In this document: in pieces, positions 44,718 to 57,586 of the stretch
How the letters are laid out: every line of letters begins with the position of its first letter
Numbering within the stretch: the stretch's first letter is position 1
Translations under genes and position numbers: made by a program
Notes under the pieces: model-generated
Database searches by the model: none
Seen by the model: the letters and a program-made list of their open reading frames with translations, nothing else
Told to the model about the DNA's origin: nothing
NCBI GenBank assembly: GCA_030704615.1
Contig: CM060731.1
Coordinates: 82,522,001 to 82,586,000, forward strand
Source of the DNA: Takakia lepidozioides
Taxonomy: Eukaryota; Plantae; Bryophyta
Length of the DNA stretch: 64,000 nt
Direction of reading: 5' to 3'

Positions 44718-46950
44718 GACCCGCAGTGGCCGGTACTTCTTGCTGCCGGTCCACTCAAAGTGAAAATGCCTCCCTGGTTGTCTAACAAGACAACTCCAGG
44801 TGTCACCATGGCGCGCTCAATGGCTGGCCTAGCTGGCAGCTCCGTCAATCTGGCAGCTGCAGCTTGCCAGGGCGCTGCCGTGGCAGTCTTGACCCTCAAA
44901 TCCGAGGATCCCTCTGCCACTACACCTTCCACTAACTCCGCAGAAGATGAAGTGACCTCCCCACTCTCGCAGAGTGTTGCTGCTAGTCTGAACACTGCAG
45001 CTGGTCTCACTCCCGGCGTCGCAATCATGGTTGCCGAGAACAGTGGGGCTTGACACACAGAGGTGGCTGCCCCCAATAACACACCGGCCGCACTAGCCTT
45101 GGCAGCAGGAGTCAATGCTGCACGTGTAGCTCTCCCCAATGGCATAGTAACCTCCGCCTCGGTAACAGTCGGGCGAGAACTAGGTGCCATGGATGGCGTT
45201 GACACTGTCTCCGCCAAGGTGAATGACTGAGGCAGCCTTGCCTGACGGCTTGCCTCCCCACGTTGTGGATCCAACTCCACCTCTGCACCTCGTGGCTCAG
45301 GAACTCGTGCTGCTCCTCGAGTCACGGCTGCAGCAGACTCCACCTGCTCTAATGGTAGTGCTGCTCCGCACATAAATCCCATGCCTCCCATATCTCCTCC
45401 CTCAGGAGCAGGAGGTGGACCATCCCGCCTGGGAGCCGGTACCGCCTGAGCTATAGCCATGGCAGCGAGCCTCTGCTCTAGCTGCTGAAGCCGGTTGGCC
45501 ATGCCTTGATCAACGCCCTGACCTCCACGTCCTTGGCCATGTTGAGCTTGCCCTTGGCCTGCACCTCGTGCCCGACCACCTCGTCCTCTTTGGGCTGGTC
45601 CACCTCGCCCCCGGCCACCATTGTTCCCTTGGAACTGGCCTGGGCGCAACTCAGGATGCAAGTCATAACACTGGGCATCTCCATGCCCATACTTGCCACA
45701 ATGCCCACACTGCAACTGTGCAGGCTGTGCTTGTGCCGGCCTTCTGCCACTCTCTGGGCAATCTCTCTTGACATGGGGTCCTCCACATGTCCAACATATC
45801 ACCCCTGGTTGCTGTTGGCCTGCAAAAGATGCCACGGGCCTTTGCACCTGAGGCCCCCTGTAAGCTCCATGGAACTTGGGCTGGGCAACCTTGCCCCCCT
45901 GACCACGCTGTTGGGCAGTCCCTTGTGCTTGTGGGCTGACAGCTGTGCCCCGTACAGGCATGTCCTTGCCAAATCCAATTGTAACAACTCGTTCCTCCAC
46001 CATGTTGAGCTCAATCCGCTCAGCCAGCAGAAACACATCTGCTAATGTGGGTTGGGCTGCTTGTAACAGGGTTGCATCTCGCACCCTTCTCTTGAGCTCC
46101 TTGTCCAGAATTCCATACCAAAACTGGATTGCCTGAGCTTCAGTAACCCCTTGGGTCACACTTATCAAGCGCCTCATACGAGTGTACGCCTCTCGCAGGC
46201 TCTCACTGGGTTTGCGCTGGAAGTCTTGCAAACTTCGCAGCTTCTCTGTCCGTACACCTTGGTAGTTCCTTCGCAACTCCTGGAAGAACTCCACCACCGG
46301 GTTGAATCTAGGCACATGGGTTGTAGCTGTGGCAGGAGGAGTAGTAGCACCTTTGAACTGGTACCACCTGCAGAAGTACCAGCACTACCTGCTCCACTAC
46401 TAGTGCTGGCAGTGGGAGCTATTGGTACTGATGCAGCTACTGGTCGCGTCATGCCTCGAGTAATGGAGATGTAGTCAGGTGACCAATACATCCTCCACTC
46501 CTCAATCTCTGCTTCATGTCCTCGCCTGAACTCGTGGTAATCGTCCATAGGCGGGCCTTCCAAATGCTGGAACAGTCCCTTCCACGCCATGAATGGGGTG
46601 AATAGATGTGGATTGCGCATCTGCTGCAAATCACACCAGCTGTCGAACTCCTGGATAAAGTCATCCAACTCGATTGTGCCCACAGCTCCAGAGTACCTAC
46701 GAGGCCCCTTGGTAGCTCCATACATCTCCTCCATGTCGTCCCACAACAATGGCGAATGAAAGTGCACACCTGTTGATGAAGCCTCCGAGCCTGTGTCTGA
46801 CTCTACAGTAATTGAGGGTGGCGGTGAAGGTGGTCTGAACCGAATACCTCGTCTTGTGAACCCACTCTCACTGTTACTGCCTGTAGCCGTACTCCCCTCA
46901 AAACCCTTGGGTAACTCCGTAATGACACTCACAATGTGCACCTCCTCCAC
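44690..46950 (-). CDS. gag: Element A Gag (capsid, two zinc knuckles, RG-rich region); one apparent 1-nt frameshift at ~46350
   Basis: RYSG..ELDDFIQEFDSWCD, FQRKPSESLREAYTR, CWTCGGPHVKRDC and CGKYGHGDAQC. Confidence 0.9.
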
Positions 46951-47469
46951 GTGACACTATAAGGTTCTAGTACTAATCTAATAGTGACACGGGTGGGCAC
47001 CTGTTGCAGTCTAAGGGTCATATCCCAATGGCTCAGGGCACCTGCACCTGCATCCACCGCAAGAACTCCTATGGTTGGCTGGTCATCAACCCAGCCTCAC
47101 CATAGAAGAAACACTGGTGGTCTTGCTGGTCATCACTCCAGCCTCACCACCGACAGCATACTCTAGGATTGACCGGTGATCAAATCCGGCCTAATCCCTA
47201 TGAAAGCAAGCGCCCACACAAAACCAACATGGCGCACAGTCAAGCATGCAGGTGTTGGGGGGGATCCAAACACAAGAAATCAAAACATCAACACCCCCAC
47301 ACCAAAATCCAGCAGCAACGCTGATCCTGCAGAATATCCCAGCCCAAAACCCCGGACTGACTGGCCTCCACCAAGAGAGGCTTTGGCAACTACAAGTATA
47401 AGGTAATGAAAATAGTACAGAGATGGAGGGGAAGAATAGAAGCCCGACCAAGCAAGATCTAATCCTGAT

Positions 47470-48219
47470 CTATGCTATCAACTGCCAGACTTCTCTCAAA
47501 GTGCCTCGCTCTGCATGATGGTAAGGTGTAGGAGGTATATCTATGTCCAGAAACCTGCCACTAACCTTGTCCCAAGCTACAGTAGCTCGCTCTAACCAAC
47601 CCTCCTCCTCTTTCTGCCAGGTAGAGACAAAGCAATACTCCCCTATCTCCCGCTCACTGAACACTAAAGAAAACAAAGGTAGGGTCTGATAGTCTCTCAA
47701 CTCGAAAGCTTTGAGACGGTTGCGGGTGTCCTCATTGCGAATGACTGCATCTCCTTCACGCACAACAAACATGTCATTGCTGATGAACCCCCGCTCATGG
47801 TTGCCCTGTGCAGAGCGTATCCGGCTGCAACCATGTCTGATTGCACAAACTTGTGTAGCTCCTGCTCCTCTGCTCCAGTACACCACGGCCTTGTGACTGA
47901 AAACCTTGGTCCCCGGGGCTGTCTTTGGCTGTGTTCCAAGCCTAGCTTTCACCCACTTTGGTATTTCACCTACAGCTGCAGAACTGCTGGCTCCAACAGA
48001 GTTCTGACTGTCCAAGGCAATATTGAGGCCCTCAATGCCAACTACAGCAGTCTGTTGTCTACTGCTAATGCCTGACTCCCAGTATGCAATCAACTCGTCC
48101 AACTGTTCTCCACTCAAATCAGTCTGAGTTCCTTGGGAAACATAAATCCTGTCCCCTTGTGTGCACAGGCTAAGAGAAGAGACCTGCCCTTCAATTACGT
48201 CCTCATTTCCCCCAGCCAT
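47470..48219 (-). CDS. Extra ORF (249 aa) in the 5' leader of element A, function unknown
   Basis: ATG-started open frame, sense to gag, inside the TSD-bounded element. Confidence 0.55.
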   Translation of the reverse strand: MAGGNEDVIEGQVSSLSLCTQGDRIYVSQGTQTDLSGEQLDELIAYWESGISSRQQTAVVGIEGLNIALDSQNSVGASSSAAVGEIPKWVKARLGTQPKTAPGTKVFSHKAVVYWSRGAGATQVCAIRHGCSRIRSAQGNHERGFISNDMFVVREGDAVIRNEDTRNRLKAFELRDYQTLPLFSLVFSEREIGEYCFVSTWQKEEEGWLERATVAWDKVSGRFLDIDIPPTPYHHAERGTLREVWQLIA

Positions 48220-49941
48220 GCAAGGAGTACATCCACAGATTTGTCTCTCATATAGACCAGCACAGGTTCTAGAGACAGGATTGTGGATCTTTTATGGCCC
48301 ACTCACACTCTAAAAATTCCATAGATTTTTAGCAGAGTCCCAAAAACAGAAACCAGGTCTAGGTAGGTAGATTTCCCCTTTCTGCAGCTATCCCCCCAAA
48401 AACTGAGTCAAACAGAGCCCATATGACAAAGATATGACCAATTAGGCTCTAAATCATTCGAATTAGATCAAAAAGGCTTTTTTTTTTTTTTTTAACACCA
48501 AAACGTTCTCGCCATTAAAAACTGTTCCCATGTTATCTACGGGTTGATCTGTCGGATAAGTGATATCCACACTTGTGCCCTCCGTTCCCTGCAGGTTCCC
48601 GATTTTCCATCTGAACAGCCCGTCTCGAGTTCTCCACACATGGGCGGGTCTTGGGGAATTACGATGAATACAATGGCACGCTGAAGCTCAGCAGCAGGTA
48701 GACAATGTGTCCATTAATGTAAAGAGCCTGGCAGATCGACAGTTTGAAACGATCAATGCTTCATCTCCTGTTATGCCATTCGCATCAGCATGCCGTAGAT
48801 TGTCTGTCAACCAATATCCGAGTTCAATTGTCCAAGCAGAAATCTACTAGAAATCTACCAACCGGCTACTGATTCCATAAATACTGGCAACTCCCATTCT
48901 GGATCTGTACTCAATGGATCAGTATAGAGTGGCTGCCCTTAGGGCGCGCTTCATCCCAACCAGGGTAATCTGCACTGAAGCCGAGATGACACTTGAAGCG
49001 GCTGCTTCCACAATGCTCCCTCTTTGGTGCATTCATCGTGCTAATCTAGCACTGCCCAAACCACGCCACAAACTCTCGTTGGTGCAGGAAATATGGCTGC
49101 CGCATTGCAGGTCTCGGGTCAGGCTCTCCATATCCTAGGCGTGCATATTGCTGCTGATATTGGGGCTGCCTTCAAATTGACTGCCAATAGGCCCGAACCT
49201 TAATTGCGCACTTGCTAGAAAATCTAGCCTGACCCCGTCCATCCATTTGCTTGCTTCCTCGCGATGTGCAGCCAGACAACCTCACATCAACCAGCCCACA
49301 ACCACTCCTTCATGGTGGCTGGACTATAGTCGCACACCGACTTCCCACCCATTGCTAGTAACCATTCCACATGAAAGCCAACGACGGCACAATCTGCCTT
49401 CATGCCAGCCTGTCCCTCCTCGCTGACCAAGAAAACCAACGATAGCCAGCCAACTTCTCAACTCGGCCTTTACTGATTGCACACCCTGATATATGCCATG
49501 AACAACTTCACCAAATCGTTTGTCATCAGTACCGATATACCATTGGGACGACGACTTGTAGACATGAGCCCATCAACCAGTCCAACACCTTGGCTGCTCA
49601 CTATGTGCAGGTCTGAAACCATCAGTCTGCTCAGGAATTACCTATAGCATGGTATTTTTATCTCTGCAGCTGAAGTCGAAGACCACGGTCCACCCACTCG
49701 CGTAACCAGCTGCACCTCCGCTTCTAACCACCAAGACAATGAAGGCTTGCATCCCAGCCTTGCGAGACAACAATAATGCTGATCGTTTCACCATGCTCGG
49801 CTCTCAATCTGCCGCTCAGCCAGTGACCGTTAAAAGGAAGAATACCCATGCACTTTTGTGTTACCGCTTTCAACACACACAAAATCCACAAGTGCTAAAA
49901 ACTAATTAAGCTCACATCTTGCACTCACAGATGCAAGCTCA

Positions 49942-49953
49942 ATCTCTCTCGAG
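49942..49953 (-). promoter_or_regulatory. Non-tRNA (self-priming) primer-binding site of element A
   Basis: CTCGAGAGAGAT abuts the 5' repeat and is perfectly complementary to 50145-50156 inside that repeat. Confidence 0.8.
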
Positions 49954-50310
49954 TGATAAACAAAGCTAAAAAGGACATACACTTCCAACACAAGAAATAT
50001 AAAATCCATCGCTATCACTCATTGAAACTGAAGTCGAGCCAGGGGCACCCCAAGCTATGGGGACTCCACCCCACAACAACCTGTATCCCTACATAAGCAC
50101 ACTAAAACCTAAACACATGCAGGAGCTCGGTCGCGCAGGCTCAACTCGAGAGAGATGAGCCACGCGACCGCCGCTCTCGTGAAGATAAGGCCATTCAGGT
50201 GTCAAACTAAACTTGACACCTGATTTAACACTTGACCTAAATCCAAGTGTTAAATACAAATAACTAGCTTTATTCTAGTTGTTTTCACACTGTGCTTATT
50301 TAACTTGACA
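49954..50310 (-). repeat. 5' terminal repeat (B only) of element A
   Basis: Matches 38915-39270; no A segment lies beside it. Confidence 0.96.
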
Positions 50311-50999
50311 GGGCGAGCGGAAAGAGCAAGCAGTGCGCGAGAGGAGGACCAAACACACGAATCAGACACTAAGCAGCTCTCATCCAAAAACTTGTACACC
50401 CAAATCACATATACAGCAACACCTGAGTACACCGCCCTGACCTTGTGTCAGGGCGCCATCTTTATACAAAAGCCCTAACCTTAGTGGCCCGCCACGTGGC
50501 GAGGCATTATAGGCCCAAGCCCATGGTGCTGCCTTGCAGCCCTGGATCTAACGAAGGGCCAGGATCAAGCCACTAGCCTAAACTAACCCTAACCTAAACA
50601 ACATTGTAACGGATTAACGGCTTTATACACCAAAAAAATATATGATGAATGTGTATCGCCGTTTTGGATGAAACGGGTAAATCTGTGATGAGGAAAGTTT
50701 GGGGCATCACATTTGTGAAGCCTACCCCCCACGAAAAATCCTGAGCTCCGCGAAGTACAAGATAAGAAATAACAAGTAAATGTTTGGGGAGAAAATCACC
50801 CTCCACTGCTGGGTGAAAAACCTACCAAAGGAAAACCTAGCACCTGCAATTTGGGCCGAGGACAAAACCTTTGGCTAGGAAAACCGTGCAGGGAGTACAC
50901 GTGGTGACATATCATAGGTCTACAAAATGCATCAAGAGCTAGAACAAAAGGACAGAGCCGCAAGCTAACACTAATCCGTCGAGGAAGCCAATCTGAAGA

Positions 51000-53900
51000 A
51001 GATCAAGACATCATTCCACCGTACGTTCCTCCACATTGATGCACGTAAGATCAAAGACTAGCTCGGAATGCACCAGATCCGTGAGAGAAACGGGTTCATC
51101 ATGCGCGTGAACATTGAACCCCTGTGGAAGAAGGAGAGCACGTCGCCCACGTAAAAGCTCATAGATCAAGTATGGACCATCGATCTTAAGCTTAGATTTG
51201 CATGCATGCTTGCCATGCTGCAGCCGAATGCACACAGTATGTCCCACCTAAAAAAGGTTAGAATACTTGACACGCTTGTTAAAATTACGGGCTTGGGTGA
51301 GCTGAGCCTTACCAATGTTTGTCTTGGCATCATGGATGGACACCACATGCCGAGCATGAAGATCCTCAACAAAGGTCTCAAGATCAACTGGCTCAGCTAC
51401 AATAGAAATAAGAGGGGTAGAATGCTTGACACCAAAGTTGAAGCACACCACCGTGAGGAGCTGGTTACAAAACTCCTTGCCCTGATCCGTTAGTATCTCC
51501 CGAGGACACCCATGTCGCATAAGGATCTCATTGAAGAAGAACTGAGCTACAGCATCACTAGCCTTGGAACGCAAAGGCCGACTTCTACCCACTTAGTCAA
51601 GTAGTCGGTAGCAACACAAAGGTAGCTTTGACCCTTTGATGTGAGTGCGAGGGGTCCTACCAAGTCAATGCCAACACAAGCAAAAGCATGGGTGACAGGC
51701 AAAGGCTGCAACTCATACAAGATCCAGGCCCTAGGGAGAGCAATGTTAGCACGACAACCTTCACATTTAGAGATGAACTCGGTGACGTCTCGGTGAATTC
51801 CCAGCCAATAGTATACCTCTTGGATGCGGGCCACAGTTTTCTTGATACCAAGGTGACCTGCATACAAGGAACAATGGAAACGCTCCAATAAAGCATTCAG
51901 CTGGCTCCGTGGTGGCACCTCCAAGTAGCATGACACTCCTCCTCTAGTGAGCTCCTTGAAAAGCTTATCACCCATAAAAACGGTGAGTAGACACATGATA
52001 GAGAATTTGTTTACGCAAGGACTCGGAAAGGTCAGCTGGCGAACGCCCTGATTGGCATTGCTGGAGTAGCGCAGCATGTAGCTGATTATCCATGACTGCA
52101 CTACACAAAAAAGGTAGACAATGGGTTTTAGAGAAGGTGGTCTGGAGTGCCTGCACCTATGATCTCCAGCCAGGGATACCTTCACCTCATTTGTTACTAC
52201 TCATGGACAGCCAAATCAGGCTTTGAGGCTCAAGCCAATAGTCACACCGGAGTGCAGTAGCCGAAAACACAACAAACTCGGGAGCCTATGAAAGAGAAGG
52301 ACTAAAACACAACAAGGAACTTCCACCAAATCTTGTCCGAATTCTCGCGAAGCGATAGAGCCACCACACATGCTAACACATGAATGAATCAGCCAGGATC
52401 ATCCAATAGGCTGGACCAGCCCCAAGTAGACAATATGCCATGGGAATCCAGGGCCAAGGGTTGCTGATCTGCACAAAGAAGGTTGAGAAGAGGGGCAGCA
52501 TCAGCAGCAACAAGGTCATCCAAGGTGGCATAGGCCTGCTGACAGGAGGATCAATCCGTGTAAGTGCATCAGCATTCATGTTTTCCTTGCACTTCTTGTA
52601 GACTATATCCATGTCAAACTCCTGTAGGTACATAGCCCATCGAGCAAGCCTGCCATGAAGTTCCCTAGGCTTAACAAGAGCTTTTAGTGGAAGATGATCA
52701 ATCTCTACTACAAACCGGCTACCATGCAAATATTGCCGAAAATGCTTCACCCCAAAGACCAGGGCCAGACCCTCCTTATCAGATATGGAATAATTCCTTT
52801 CATGACGATCTAGACGACGGGATGCATAAGCTATGACATGCTCCTTGCCTTCTACAACTTGACATAAGATTGCAGAGATGGCAACATCAGATGCATCAGT
52901 CTGAAGCAAGAAAGGTAACTCAAAGTTGGGAAACATCAGGATGGGAGCTGAACACAAGGCCTTGCGAAGGGTGTCAAAAGCAGCCTGCTGGGAGAAGGTC
53001 CATTCAAACCTGGCATCTTTGCACAATACCTTGGTCAGAGGGTGAGCAAGCTTAGCAAAGTTCTTTATGAAGCGCCGGTAATAAGAGGCAAACCAAGGAA
53101 GGATTTGATACAATGTTTATCCCTGGGGATAGGAAAGCCCCAAACAGACTCAAGCTTGGCAGGATCAGGAAGCAATCCATCTTTGGACAGAATATGGCCA
53201 AGGAAGTGTAGCTCAGGCATGAATAGTTCACATTTCTTGGGCTTCACTTTAAGGCCTGCAGTGCACAATTTGCTGAAGACACGCTGCAGATCAGCCAAGT
53301 GACCATCAAAGCTGGCTGAACATTGATATCATCAACATAAATTAAAGCACACTCCTAGCGAAGATTGCCCAAGACAATGTCCATGAGACGTTGGAAAGTA
53401 GAGGTGGCATTGCACAAACCAAAAGGCATGGTCTCATATTGGTACTTACCCATACGACACACAAAGGAGGTCTTTTCCTTGGCTACTTCAGTAAGAGGAA
53501 CTTGCCAAAAGCCAGATGCAAGATCAAGAGAGGAGAAAATTGTAGCACCATGTAGTTGATCCAAGGTCTCATTTATCCTGGGTAGAGGGTAGGCATCTTT
53601 TTTTGTGATGTCATTCAGCTTTCTGAAGTCAACACAGAAACGGGTTGTGCCATCTTTCTTTCCAACTAAGACAATTGGACTAGCCCAAGGAGAAACTGAA
53701 GGTTTAATCACACCAGCATCAAGCATCTTCTGGATTTCTTCTTGGATTATGGTACGTTCCTTGACACTCTCTCGGTAAGCAAATTGTTTAATAGGAGCCC
53801 CTTCAGTGACAATGTCATGTTGAAGAATAGGAGTGCGCCCTAGGTCAGTGGATCCCAAACTGAAAATATCTAGATTATTTGCGATAAGCACTTCCACCTT

Positions 53901-54083
53901 CCTCCTTTGTCCAGAGGAGAGAGTTGTGCCTAACTTGATTTCAGATAAAACTTTGGTGAGGGCCTTCTTACCTCCCAGGCTGAGACCAGGAACAGGTGGT
54001 GGTGCAACTGCAGCAAAGACAACAACCGCATCTAAGGGGCCATGTTGGATGCCAATGGCCTCAAGACCAAAACCAGCCTGCAC
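51000..54083 (-). pseudogene. pol: Element C pol: RT, RNase H and integrase, multiply frameshifted
   Basis: SPWASPIVLV.KKDG..RFCVDFRKLN, MPFGLCNA, LQTDAS, GHLG...CEGC, IDLVGP, TDQGKEF and GPY motifs. Confidence 0.92.
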
Positions 54084-54224
54084 CTCTTGTATGTCAGCAA
54101 TGGGAAGAGCAGTGATGCGAACCAGAACCTACCCCTTTTTAATAGTCACAGGGAAGCGTTTAGGATTAGCAATCTGGATCTTAACCTCTTGTCTATATCC
54201 ACTATCACCAGTCACTACAACAGA

Positions 54225-54382
54225 CCGCGGTAGTTATGACTGCCAAACCGTGGTAGTCATGGTTTTCATGACTTTGACCATGACTGCACCATGTTTTTAT
54301 ATGAAATTGACCTCCCGTAGTCGTTCATACGACTGTAGTCATATAAACGACTATCTAAGTAGTCGTCTGTGTGACTACATGG
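54225..54382. mobile_element. Small AT-richer insertion with GTAGTC/GACTAC sub-repeats (MITE-like relic)
   Basis: Interrupts the element C reading frame and has imperfect inverted ends CCGCGGTAGT...ACTACATGG; no clear TSD. Confidence 0.5.
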
Positions 54383-54599
54383 CTCCGGAATGGGCGGAAG
54401 GCTGGTCAACGGCAATCAATCTCCTCCAACCCTCAACTTCTAAGAAATGAGTAGCGGGACACAGGAAAGCCAGACCAGACTTGACCACCCTTTGGGTCAA
54501 GGCAGGGATGGTGATGTTGAGAGGTGCACGAATTAGAGTAGTATTCTTTGGAATAGCTATGGGCACCCCTGTCCTATCCCTAGCACCAGGAACATGCCA

Positions 54600-56111
54600 C
54601 TGATATAAGAGTTGAAGATCAGGCTGAAACTTGTAGAAATCATTCCATTTGAGGTTGGAGTGAGAGTTCTGCTGGAGTGAGAGTTCTGCCATTTTAAGAT
54701 TAATTTCTGCTAATATAGTCTTGTCATCAACAAAATGACGCCGCTGAGCCCAATTCTGAATAGTGGAAGGCAACCCAAGGAGAAAATACCTTTTAACCAT
54801 ACGATCCCTCTCTACCGGGTCTATGATGTTTTCAACAGCAGCAAACTTAAGATCCATGTAATATTTCCACAAGGATTCCCCAGGTTGGTAAGTCCTGGCC
54901 AAAAGCTTGGTAAAGCAATCCAGAGGCCTCTCAGGAGGTTTGAACAAGGTCTTAGCCCATTCCACCAGAGTTGCCCAGTTGAGGCTGGGATCATCCATCA
55001 CGGCTGCATGCAGTAAGTCACGAGCTGGTCCTTTCATACTCATCCTAAAGATCGCCATCTTGAAATTCTCAGGCACCCCACTGACACTAGCAATGACCTC
55101 AAACATCTGAAGATATCTATCAAAGTCTTCTCCCATTGTGTATTCTAGATAAGGTCGAGTGGTCAGCTGGGGGATTAGATGACAAGGTAGGCTATGGTTG
55201 ATATGACCAGGTTCACATTATTATGACTGACTGATCTTATAGCAGTTGAGGCTGACAGACGTGGCGCCACCGTGCCCATGGGAAGAGCAGGTATTGCCAC
55301 ACTTGGCTGAGCAGCAAGGTTAGTAGACTGCAAGTGGGTTTGTGGCATGCCACTCATGGGAAGAGTGGATGCCACTCCCACCGGCTGTGTTGACACATAT
55401 CGGATACTGCTAAGAGGGATATTGCTAGCATGCATACCTATGGACTGGCTAGAGACAAGATGTGGTGGCACCCCAACCTGTGCAGCAGGGAGAGCCCCCA
55501 CAGATTGACTAGCTAAGGAGGCAGAGCAGCAGGCATACTAGGGGGCCCTTGCATTATGACACCCCCACCTTGAACAACATCATGCACGTTCAACACAGGA
55601 AGACTGCCCACATGCATACCCGAATTCACAGGCAACAAGTTCCCTCCCCCGAGAGTGGGACTAGGGAAATTCACAACAGGTAGCATCCTAGGACTCAAGG
55701 TAGCACTTGGGCCGGCATACTGCTCGTAGTAGCCCATACATCCGAACCAGACCCTTCGATCCCCTGGTCATGAGGAGGATGGGAGGGCAGAATGTGTAAT
55801 TCCCTAGCCAGCATAGGCTCAGTCCGTCTAGCCTCCAAGGCCTTATTACGCCGATCATAGACAGAAAGGCCCTCGAGGGTGGCTATCCCAGACTCCTCAT
55901 CAACTAATGGAATACCAGTTGGGGATTCCACAACTGCCCCCATTGTTCCAACATTCAAGAATTCATCATCACTCACCATGAAATTACCTACCTGCAGGTT
56001 GTCCGATCCCTCATTCATCTCTACCATACTTTCGGCCAGCGGTTTTCCTGCATTATTCATGGACCTCTGTCTTCCAGATCTCAACCAAGTGGTACTAGAA
56101 TCACCTAGCAT
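54600..56111 (-). pseudogene. gag: Element C gag, decayed
   Basis: GEDFDRYLQMFEVIA...LNWATLVEWAKTLF...YQPGESLWKYY..L...YFLLGLP gag signature. Confidence 0.75.
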
Positions 56112-57567
56112 GCAAGAAACAAGGTTGGATTGGAGGCATAACCTTCAAGCCGCAGGGATGTGGAGCGTGGGCCGAGTACTTGGCGAGCTGTCTTCCGGAA
56201 CCCAAGTGGAGCAATACACCACCCTCAGCACCTTGTGTGATTCTAACTCGTAAATCCCCAATGCCAGCCACTCCCAACCATCAGCTCCTTTAAGCCAAAA
56301 GCCAACACGGGTGGTGTCACCCTAGCACAGTCGAGTTTGAACAATCACTCAGTCTCTCAAACGCGCTTGGGCGAGCCACTCGCTGTGAAGCAAAGGCAGT
56401 GCCCACACCCAAGACCACTAGATCAGACGACTGTACTATCAAGGCCCCTCTCGCCAGACCATCAATTAACTGTGAATAGGTAGGTGCCAAGGCGCAAGGC
56501 CGGAGCTGAAACTGTAGTGCCCTCACGATCAAAGCCCCTGTGCCCTGTAACATTAACGACAACCAACTTCTCCCTACCACGCCAAGGCCATGATGAAGCT
56601 CTGCACTTCGAACACCAGAAAGAGGCAGATACAAACCAACTTCCAACCAGGTTAATTCACGATGGTTTAGAAAATGCGACTTGATCGCCCTGGACGGTAG
56701 ACGCTCTTCATTGCGTAGCTCAAATTCGCCTTAGCAAGCTGTCTGGCCCTGGATATCACCGCACCAGGCTCAAGCAAAGGTCGTGTGAACAGGGCCTCGT
56801 GATGACTGGTCAGTGCAGCAAGATCACCTACAACAGCTCTCTCTACATGCTCAAACCAAAGCTGATCTTCGTCACATACTTCACACAACAGATCATCTAA
56901 TTCTTGTGACAATTCAATGTCTCTCTCCAATTCGGCTGCTTGCATTCAGGGCCTGGATCCACAAAATTGTCAAAGTTATAGTAGTCCGGGTCACAGCTAT
57001 CTAGAGAGCTGTCAGACCTCTCAAACCTTGGCGACCACGCCTCTGCCTCCCCCATATCATCATAATCACTACCACCAGGAGAACCCAATGAAACAACAAG
57101 GGCTGGAATGCCAACAGCAGGCTCATGAAGAGGCGATGTCGGCAAGGCAACAATGCTAGGCCGCACGCCGTTGGTAGTGTTAGTAACAACAAGAGTGTCA
57201 ACAGGGTTAGAGACAACGGGAGGAGCAACAACAACAACACCAACAGAATGAGAAGTGGCAGTAGGGTCAGTCTCTACACTAGGATTAGCCTCGATAGCAA
57301 GTGCCACGCTAATCTGAAGGAACAGTCCCTCCCCCTCTCTGCAAGCTACACAAGACAAATCACGAACTGTAGCCATCCCCTGCAATCACACCCCAACGCA
57401 CATCGTGAGACAGCAAAATCACAGCAGCAGGAGAAAATAGGGCAAAGCGAGGAGCCGCCATCGATAACACGCATTAGCGAACCACTTAGGCAGCAGGACG
57501 TAGAGCAAATCCTGCGAAGGACCTAACTGATCCTGACAGGGCGGGCAGGATCCACCACGCCTAGAGT

Positions 57568-57586
57568 ACCCGGCGCGCCTCCACCA
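57568..57586 (-). promoter_or_regulatory. tRNA PBS of element C (tRNA-Ala-like)
   Basis: TGGTGGAGGCGCGCCGGGT directly follows the 5' repeat. Confidence 0.7.

Larger units (their letters stand above)
38829..50310 (-). mobile_element. Ty3/gypsy element A: near-intact, Gag-PR-DNMT / RT-RH-INT-PHD, split terminal repeats
   Basis: TSD GGGC (38825-38828 and 50311-50314; the empty site is visible in C's other repeat at ~57645). Termini TGTC...GACA. A at 38829-38913 and 39273-39357; B at 38915-39270 and 49954-50310. Confidence 0.96.

Noticed and set aside
47470-48219. Tyrosine recombinase in element A that could explain the split repeats (SH...SRGAGAT)
   Set aside because: The spacing does not fit HxxR and no other YR motifs are present. 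The element has a DDE integrase, TG/CA ends and a TSD.
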